Assembly: GCF_026210795.1 (NCBI RefSeq)
Contig: NC_089435.1
Coordinates: 248,001-312,000, forward strand
Reading direction: 5' to 3'
DNA length: 64,000 nucleotides
From: Rhizophagus irregularis
Taxonomy: Eukaryota
In this document: positions 54,591 to 64,000 of the stretch, piece by piece
How positions within the stretch are numbered: the first letter of the stretch is position 1
Layout of the letters: each line of letters starts with the position of its first letter
Program-made: the position numbers and the translations under genes
The notes under the pieces: generated by a model
Seen by the model: the letters and a program-made list of their open reading frames with translations, nothing else
Told to the model about the DNA's origin: nothing
Database searches by the model: none

Positions 54591-56891
54591 AAAAATGTTG
54601 CGAAACATTTTTTTATTAAATTATCTATTAAAAATATTTCGCATTTTTATTAAACTTTTTAAGAAAAATTCATGCGAATTTTTCTTCAACCTGTCAGGTC
54701 AGGTTCAGAGTTCTGGAACCTGTAAAATTATAAATTAATTAAATAAATTAAATTAAACATATTTGGTTTATTCAGCTGATAGATAGATTTTAAAACAAAA
54801 AAAAAAAGAAATGAAATTTCTTTATAAATATGAGTATTGATGAAAGAAAACTTTGAAATTGAATAGATACTATTTTACCTCTTAATCCTAAATTATAGTC
54901 ATCTAATTTTTCTCTTGTTTATTAAAAATTAATGCACAATTAAATGGCTACGGAAAAGCCCAAATCGCAATTTTACTCTAATGATTACACTATTCAATTC
55001 AGCATTCAGTTCCTTTAATATTAAGTATTAATATAAATTAAATTAAATATATATAAATATATATAATTCTGATCCATAATTTGATAATGAACAAGGGCGA
55101 TCATTTTTTGGAAAAATTTACCGGAATCAAAATGATCAGCAAAATTTTAAATCATAGTGATAGTAAAAAAAATGATCGACAAACCACATATTTAATTAGT
55201 AAACGGAAATGCCCGGTGACTGTTATTTAATATATAAATTATCTTGATTTATATTAGGTATTCCGTTTATGGAAGTTACGGAGTTTTTGTTTCATTGATA
55301 ATTATTAGAAATTAGAGATGTGCATGTACAACAGTACATGGCAAAACGTCCAACAATCGTTTAATGCCAGAATATTCAAATATACTTAAAAAGGATCGTC
55401 ATTTGTCGTTTGAGAATTTCTGAATGTAAAATAACCATAATTTGTCGTAGTCAGTCAAAAGAGACCGTCATATTATACATTAAATAAAATTGCATATTGA
55501 TTACATTTTTCTTCTTGATATCTTGTGCAATGTTGAAAGCAATGTGAGTAATTAGCGAAAAAAAATTATTAAGTTCATTTCTGACTGATCGGATTTTTGA
55601 TCAGGGTTTGAGTTAATAATTATTAATTATTATAAAGCTAAACAAGATCATGTCGTTTTTAACTTACTGATATTTTTTAGATAGATTATTATTGCAGATA
55701 TTTTTGACGCATTACGTCATTTGGGTTAAATATCACATATATAGTTTATTTATTATTTTTATATGGAATACAGTTATTGAGATCAATAGAGAATGTTCCA
55801 TTACCTTCTTGGGTGACAAAATTATGCAACTTGATCAATTACATATCCACAAAAAAGTAGAATTTTTGATCGCAATTTAAAAATAAGCAAAAATGAACGT
55901 GTTAATTGTTATTGTTGAAAATTATTTTAATAACATTTTTTGACCGGTTAAACCAATTTTGCGATCAAAATCCTAACAATTATGCAGAAATTGATAGGCA
56001 TAGTATCGCAAAAATTTTACTTTTAAACATATAGGGTTGTAAAATTACATTTTAGGTTGTGTAACTTAATTAATATACAGTAAGTGCTATGTTAAATTTT
56101 ATAGTATTTACAATTTTACATATTTTTCAAATTTTTAAAAAAATTGTCAAAGAATTTTTAATTAGTCCAAGAATTAAGTAGAATATCTCAACAGCTAGTA
56201 ATCAGTAATTCAAAATCATGCCAAATTTTTATACATTATAAATTTAGTTTCATTCTATAAAATATAAAAAATTTTGTTCAATTTGAATCGTTAATTTATA
56301 ACAAGAAATATTATCAATCGCTACACAAAGTATAGTGGGACAATGGAACGATTTGGGAATGAACAGATCATATGATTAATAATTTTGTTTATTTTATTTA
56401 ATTACATACTATATGTATTCAATCTAGGGAAAATAGTTTTTACCAATATATCTGGGATTTCTGGAAAATCATGCGAAACTTTCATTATGTTGATCAACTC
56501 GGTCATCTACTTATAGCGCAGTTTGTAAAACAATCAATCGAACCTTTCATAATGTTGATCAATCTTGCCATGTTTGGTTAACTAAAAACGCCTATCATAC
56601 TAAATATGTATATAACTTGCTTTTTTAGATAATAGGAGGAAAAACTTTAAAGCGGTGACGTTAATTTATTTCTCAGTATGCATAATCTGCATCATGCCGG
56701 CAAAATAATTTATACAAGATGAAAACTAATCCAAATGTGACGTTTAGACGTTACACAACTTTATATATTATCTTGTATATACATAAAGAGAAAAGAAAAA
56801 AGATATATATAAATACGTTGTTATTTTTTCTTTGAAATTTTCACCAGTACACACACAGTATAAACCCAACAATTTAAAAATTATTAGAAAC

Positions 56892-57879
56892 ATGGATTAT
56901 TCTAATTTATCAATGGGTCAAATTAGAAATAACTTCATTAATAATTCTAATGCAATTGCTCCTGCGCCTCAAAATATTACATTTGAATTTTATCTTCCTT
57001 TACCAAATAATACACGTATCTACCATGTTACTTATACTGAATTAAATTCAACGGAAATCGCGCGACTCTTGAATAATAGAATTGATTTATCTCATATTCC
57101 AAATCATCGACTTCCATATCATTATAATGTACAACATTTAATTCGGCAACAAATCACAATCTTTCGATACTATGAATGTTCAACCGATTTACCAAGAATA
57201 TTCGGATAATAATGCTTTCGATTTATCTTTAATTCTTCCTATTCAACAATCTGTTGATTATCAACAAGATGCTATCCCACAACAATCTTTCGATACTATG
57301 GATATTCAACGTAATTTCCAAGAATATTCAGATGATAATGCTGACGATGTATCTTCAATTCTTCCTATTCCTTTTGATTATAAACAAGAAACCACTTCAC
57401 AACAATCTTCCGACAATATAAAATTTGAATTTTATCTTCCTTTACCAAATGATGCACATGTCTATCATGTTACTTATGCCGAATTAAATTCAAAAGAAAT
57501 CGCGCAACTCTTAAATAATAAAATTGATTTATCCCACATACCCGATCATCAACTTCCATATCATAATAATGTACAACATTTAATTTGGCAACAAATTATT
57601 CAACAGCCTGTTGATTATCAACAACAAGATGCTATCCCACAACAATCTTTCGATACTATGTTCCAAGAATATTCAGATAATAGTTCTTACGATATATCTC
57701 CTATTCAACAACCTGTTGATTATCAACAAGACACCACTCTACAACAATCTTTCGATACTATAGATATTCAACCCATTTTCCAAGAATATTCAAATAATAA
57801 TGCTAACGATGCATCTTCAGTTCCCCCAAACAGTCCTGAAGATGGATACAATGGAATTCAATCACATCAAAATAACTAA
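56892..57879 (+). pseudogene. Gln-rich repeat gene, copy 4 (single frameshift near 57155)
   Basis: The ORF from MDYSNL (56892) and the 57172-57879 ORF are consecutive parts of one paralog; two conserved blocks. Confidence 0.75.
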
Positions 57880-57984
57880 GGCTAAACCCAAATTATAATT
57901 TAAGATAAATATGCTGTAAGAAATATAATTATATTTATATGTAAATTAATTAATATAGATTCAATTATTTGTATGTTTAACTTA

Positions 57985-58120
57985 ATAATATAGTATGTCT
58001 ACGCATTATGACAAATGATCGATCACGTGAGTTCTCTGTCACTCATGTGACGTCATCCTAAGAAATCGCAAATCTGTATTTTTTTCGCACCGGACTTACG
58101 TCGGTTTCCGTTTCCTATTT
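57985..58120 (-). mobile_element. Miniature non-autonomous Helitron relative (~135 bp)
   Basis: Reverse complement starts taggaaacggaaaccgacgtaagtccggtgcgaaaa (compare the Helitron left end at 19857). It ends cacgtgatcgatcatttgtcataatgcgtagacatactat (compare 25912-25952). Confidence 0.65.
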
Positions 58121-58259
58121 ATATCAGGCCTCTATTTTTATCCCATTTCCAATATTATCCGGTAATCTGGTATTTTAAATATACTAGACTACACCATTTT
58201 AAGAATAAGTTATGAAATTAAGCGAAACATCTATTTATTACCTTTAATTTTCATTTTGA

Positions 58260-59620
58260 TATTTAAGTAGAAATTATTAAATTAAATAAGATTATATTAA
58301 CTTAGATTGAATATATAAATCCTTTTGGGTCTCTTTATTTCGATAATATATATTAAACAAAAACTTCTAATAATGGAATTTATGGTCTTCATTTATATCA
58401 ATTTATACAGGAGATCTATATATAAATCCTATAAAAGTAGTGAGAGTTGAATTTTCGGATTTTAAATACATTTCTTTTAAGCAATAAGATTGGAATGGGA
58501 GAATGCCTAAGGTAGAATATCTTGTACAGTTGTTAATTATAAGAAAATATCATGAGTCAATAAAATAAAAGAATGTTTACTTATAGTATCTGACGTAAAT
58601 CGTCAATTTAATAAAATGATTCATAACATACATCATTTTTATGGTGTAGAAAGTTCTAAACGACTTAAATCACTAAATTACTTTAATCCTCTGAATTTAC
58701 TTTATTTGTTGAAGAAAATATATTTAATATAAACAATCGAGAAAAATAACAAATTGAGACCTCGTAATATAAATTAAAGACTTATTCTTCCAATCGCGAT
58801 AGCTTAAATTTTATGAGACACTTTAATGCTTTTTCCGATGTAATCTATCATGATTGTAACAAATAAATTAAAATTGGAATTTCAGCTGGTTTGGATGCTT
58901 CATCAAGTCTTTTTTCAATTATGTTAATAAATAATTTTTTTTTAAAAAAGAAAAAACCTTTTTCAACACTTTAATTCAAGTGATTTAAGATTTTCTTCAG
59001 GCCGAGTAACTAATCTTGCACCAACTAAAGGAGAGGTAATTCCAAGTTTTTGTTAAACCCAATTCGTAGCAACCTATGTATAACGATAAAAACCATTAAT
59101 ATCCGGTTGTTGGAAAAAATTAAAGACTAGAGTTTTAAAAGGTTGGATACCTGAAAACGGAATATGAAATGACAATGGCTTCATCTAAGATCCTCCAATT
59201 TTTTTCAACTTTTGAACGATTTGCAACTGATTCACCACGACTTTCCGATTTTGCTGATTCTCTTATATTTTCTGGCAAGAAAACTAATATAAAATTAATT
59301 ATTAATACAATAGTTACAATAATTATCTTTGGACACCACATGGAATAATCCCAACCTAAAAGATTTTAAATAGAGATTTAGTATTCTTATATAAATCAAA
59401 TATAATAAGTATAATTTAATTATATGATACACACCTCAATTTCAGCTGTTAGTCAAATTCTAACGAACAACTAACTAACTATAACGCGGTTGAAGTCCAA
59501 TGACCTTTAATATCTACTAAAATTATTATTATTATTTCGTACCTCCATCCACGTAATTCTGCAAATGTATTAGAACGAGTGAGTGCTTAAGATGGAAATT
59601 TTGCTTTACAGCAACGTATA
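58260..59620 (-). pseudogene. Decayed multi-exon gene of unknown family, copy D
   Basis: Colinear with copies A-C; exon block IRESAKSESRGESVANRSKVEKNWRILDEAIV. Confidence 0.5.
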
Positions 59621-60848
59621 ATATATACTTACTTTTTTTTAGAAAAAATTGATCGAGAAGATACTATAAATATAATAGTTAATTACTATTCCAATTCGAG
59701 CGACGTCATTTAATGGTCTCATGAGTTTTTCAACTGGAGTTCAAAGCTAATAAGCATGAATAAATAAAATATCAACATTAAACTCTCATCTAAATTCTCC
59801 ACAAACTTTTTCGGTGATTTCCTCCTAAATATTTATTAGTTAACATAACAAATTACACTAATTTCAATTTCTGTAAACGTATTTTTTTGTAAAAACATTA
59901 ACAAAGCATTTTTAATAAAATGTAATCGAACCTTTTTTTAATATTTGTTATTAATAATTATTTCGATAAAAAATACTCTCATATGATTTGATATTAAATC
60001 ATTTTAAGATAAAAATGCCGGTATAATATATATATAATCTGAAGTGACACCAATTTTGTGAATCAAAGATTGAAGCGTCATCAAGCTGATAATCTCAATC
60101 CCAAGCCAATATCTGTTAAGAAGCTATCCTAAATAGGAAGTTTATCGGTACACAATAATATTAAATGAACCCTTTTAAATTAATTTGAATTGTGTAACGA
60201 GTCTCGTCATAAAACTCGTACCATGTCGATCATTTTTATTGACGATACATTAGAGTTTCGATCCCGGTTCGAAGAGTATTCGAAGCAACGGGCTGTTACT
60301 ATTTTTTAAAATAAAAAAAATTACATAAATCAAAAAATTATTGACCTACCTTTTCTGTGCAGAAACTAGCGAAATTTGTTAAACAAGAAATGTGAGTCGT
60401 TATTTAAGTTGGGAATTTTTAAACGAACAATCGAAACATCAGATTTGGATTCTGTCATTAAGAGTTTTAGAACGCTATACAAAATCCTACATTTTTCATA
60501 ATAAGTTTAAGTGACTTTTAATTTTATACACGAAACAACTCTTGAAAAACTTTTGTAAATCATTTCAAGTTAATTAATTTATGATTCAATTAACCAGTTA
60601 AGTCGTTATGGTTTTTCCAACATTTTTTTTTTTATTTTATCTGCGCCTTATATAAATACAAATTATAATAAGAATTATAAGCCACCTTGTAATCTCGTTA
60701 TATTTCACTTTGCGAACATATATCATTTTCTCCAAAAGCTAATTGAATAATATTGTACAATAAAAATATATATACTCTAAATATAATAAGATAAACGATA
60801 TTTTATATGAAAATTTCTTATTTCTTCAGATATGATTAATAAATGAAA

Positions 60849-63346
60849 CTAATTTCTTATGCGTTTTCCTATTTTAAATTAAATAAATAAATAAATAAAA
60901 ATATAAACAACAAATAGTGAAAACATTTAATCAAATAATACTGTATATTTACCATTATTTTCATAAGAATTAATATTTAATTCTTCAATATTTCGTTTAG
61001 TTCCAAGTACGTTGAGTTCACTAATAATATAAAATCGTATTTTATTGATTTTTGAATTGTTTGAAATTAAATTATAAATAATAAATATTTTTAACTTTAA
61101 ATACCTTTCAATACCTATGCCTAATTCGAATTCTTTTGAAATATAATCTATAAGGAAAAAAATTTTTAATTTATTTATTCAAAGATGACTAATAATAGTA
61201 TTACGGTATAGTACATACCATTTGATGAAAAATTGATAGATGAACAATTAGTAAATATAGATGAACATTTAGAAATGTAAGAATTTAATGATCTACTTGT
61301 ATAAATAGCTTTTGGATGAGGCTTTTCACTAAACTTGGAACCAAGCTTCTTCGAAACTATTAAATTTTTCCTTTTTAATTCAGCTTGGTTAAATTGATCA
61401 TGATAGTATTTGAGAGGTTCATCATAATTATGACAACGCCATGTTTCACAAGTATAATAAATTTCTTTTATAGAAGGTCTTTTTTTTGGATCAGAATCCC
61501 AACAACTTTTCATTATATTAGCATAACATTCTGGTGTATCTTCTGTAATTTCAGGTCTTACACCATCCATAATATTAAAAATAAGAATATGATCATGTTC
61601 AATATTAGCAAAAGGCTTACAACCTGTTGTAAGTTCCCACATGATCATACCCAAACTATAAATATCAGATTCTTTAGAATATACAGACCCTTTAAATATT
61701 TCTGGTGCAATATAAGGTATCACTCCATAAATTTCGTTATCCGATGAGGTATCATTTGCAGGTCGTGATAATCCTAGATCTCCGATTTTAATTTTAGCTG
61801 GATAATCTACCAATATATTTCCACTATGAAAATCTCGATGTATAAACTTTGCATTGTGAATAGTCCGGAGTCTAAAATAAAATAATTAATAAATTTGCAT
61901 TATGAATTAATCATTTACCAATATATTTAAAATATGATTACCCAAATGTGATTTGAAATAAAATAATTATTTTCTGTTGCCAATTAATTTTTGTAAAATT
62001 CTTTTGTAAATACTTATGTAAATCTCCATTCTGCGCATATTGCATAACTAGTATATAATCGTCTAATTTTGGATCCTTTGTAAAACCATGGGTTTTAATA
62101 ATAGTTTCATAACTTCCATAATGATGATTTATCTTTAACTATTAATTCCCAAGATTAATAAGATTAAAATTAAAATATTTTTAATGAATATCAAATAAAA
62201 ATAATTACGAATTGTTGACGTATTTACCTCATTCATAAAATATTTTTCAGCAAATTGAGAGTTTTTAAACCTTTTTAAAATGACAATGTTATCTCTAGTC
62301 AAAAAACGATAAATATTCTTATTTGAACCATTTAACCGAGTTGCTTGATATACAATACTAAACCCTCCTTTTGTTATTTCTTTTACATTTGTAAATTGAG
62401 AATATGGTATATATCTCATTAATAGTCCTTTAAAATTATCGCAAATAGAAATACAACACATCTCGAATGGAACGAAATATTCATCAATACTTTTTACATT
62501 GTTAGCAAAATTAGCTATTTCCAATTGATATGATCTTATGCTAACAAGAAAATCATCTAAAACACTATCTCCACTGTTAATACCAATCATCTTTGTGATA
62601 TCAAAAGTAATAGTTGATACTCTCTTGCATTTTTTACATTGCGATTGATTTGTATATCCAAAAATAACATTTGTTGTTAAACAAAATCTACATCCAATAA
62701 AAAATATGAAACAATTTTCACAATACTTTTGACAGTTAGATGTTAATATTAATTCTTCAAAACAAAAACAACTAAATCTATTTTCCCACCATGGTAAATA
62801 AATAATTGAAATAGGCTTTTTAGTTAAGGTTGATTCTATATATCCAATAGAGATTAGATAACAATTTGAACATAATTTAAATTCCGTTATAATGTTATGA
62901 TCTGTTCCTTGATATAATAATTTTCCGCATAGTTTACAATATTTTTCACTTTCGAACACGTTTTTGTATATGGGAATTTTTTTCGATTCCGAAGTGTAAC
63001 TACGTATTTGTTTAAAAACTAATATTGTCAAGCAATTTCTACAGCATTCTTGAATATTTCGTGATACTTTTGTTCCATTTATTTCATGTTCACTACATTC
63101 TAAGTCCTCTGCAAATAAATATACGTCCAAGTATATATTATTATCTGTTATTTTAGTTAAATAACATGATAAGCATTTTTTGCAATATTTTTGCTCATAA
63201 ATTAACGTTTTTGTATATACTCCTCCACAATGAAAACAATATTCATCTCTCAAATTAAATGAAACGAAAAAAATCGGTACGGGACTAGATTTTAATTTTG
63301 GTGTTGGATCAAAAGAATTTTCATCATTTACATTTATAAGATCCAT
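60849..63346 (-). CDS. TKL-like kinase with a long Cys-rich (multi-CxxC) N-terminus; exons 63346-62228, 62138-61942, 61871-61219, 61147-61105, 61020-60953, 60868-60849
   Basis: Motifs GGFSIVYQA, VILK, HRDFHSGN, GDLG, PYIAPE and DIYSLG. Five GT-AG introns keep the frame to GKRIRN*. Confidence 0.88.
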
Positions 63347-63879
63347 TTTATTATGTTTTCCATATAAGCAAGTATTGAAAATTCGATATATTTATAGTTT
63401 TTCAAATCCTTAAATGATGAATATCTGAATAAATATAGAATTTTCTATCAGTGAATTCTCCAGAAAATTCGGTTCGTATTTATTTTTGGAAGTACTTTAT
63501 CTAAGGGTATAATAAATGCATAATGTTAATGATGCTGATCTGTTGATCTACATGCCTAACTCTACCAATTGAAAGGAGAAGAACAAAACAAGGGGGGGAT
63601 GTTTCTATTTTAAGAATTTCATTGAAAAATATTTTTCCTTTACGTTTTGTATATTAAAATAAAATATATAGTTTGACTTCTATCCGTGATTACTAACTAA
63701 ATTGTTGCTGATCGTATTTTAATTTTTGTGCGATCTGTCTGTCGTGTAAAACATTAAACATTTGAACCATCATTTTGATTTTTTAAAGAAAAATTTCCTT
63801 ATATGTCCAAATACACGATCTATTATTGTTAAAGAAAATAGCAAGTTAAAATAAATTTGTGGTAATTTAAATATTATTA

Positions 63880-64000
63880 CAGTCGCCACTTAATATAACG
63901 AACCACGGAACCACCCTCCGTATAGGGTGAATTCATAATATAATACTAATAATCTATACAACGAACAGTACGGTATATAGATTCAAACATGATTAAATTA
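63880..64000. mobile_element. Possible left end of a Tc1/mariner-type element running off the window
   Basis: TA followed by cagtcgccacttaatataacgaac, resembling the TIR of the 16674 MITE; the other end is not visible. Confidence 0.35.

Overview
AT-rich, intron-containing eukaryotic DNA. The expanded TKL-type kinases, kinase-Sel1 relic, Uma2-like gene and many MITEs point to an arbuscular mycorrhizal fungus such as Rhizophagus (inference). Gene content: an intact 3-exon GDXG esterase, two apparently intact TKL-like kinases, and several pseudogenes (C2H2 zinc finger, kinase, kinase-Sel1, Uma2-like nuclease). A cassette of a Gln-rich repeat gene plus a convergent multi-exon relic is duplicated four times. 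Mobile elements include a ~6.1 kb decayed Helitron with two nested MITEs, two 5'-truncated LINE tails, and CACTA-, hAT-, Mutator- and Tc1-type MITEs, most with clean TSDs. The standout is the ~100-bp tandem repeat at 47.7-50.0 kb. On the minus strand each unit reads as a complete spliceosomal intron (GTAAG...CTAAC...TAG), and the main variable site is a 3-nt exon. Twenty-six 3-nt micro-exons and one 1-nt exon join an upstream ATG exon to the kinase domain in frame with no stop. This suggests a micro-exon array that diversifies the kinase N-terminus. All splicing is predicted from sequence only.
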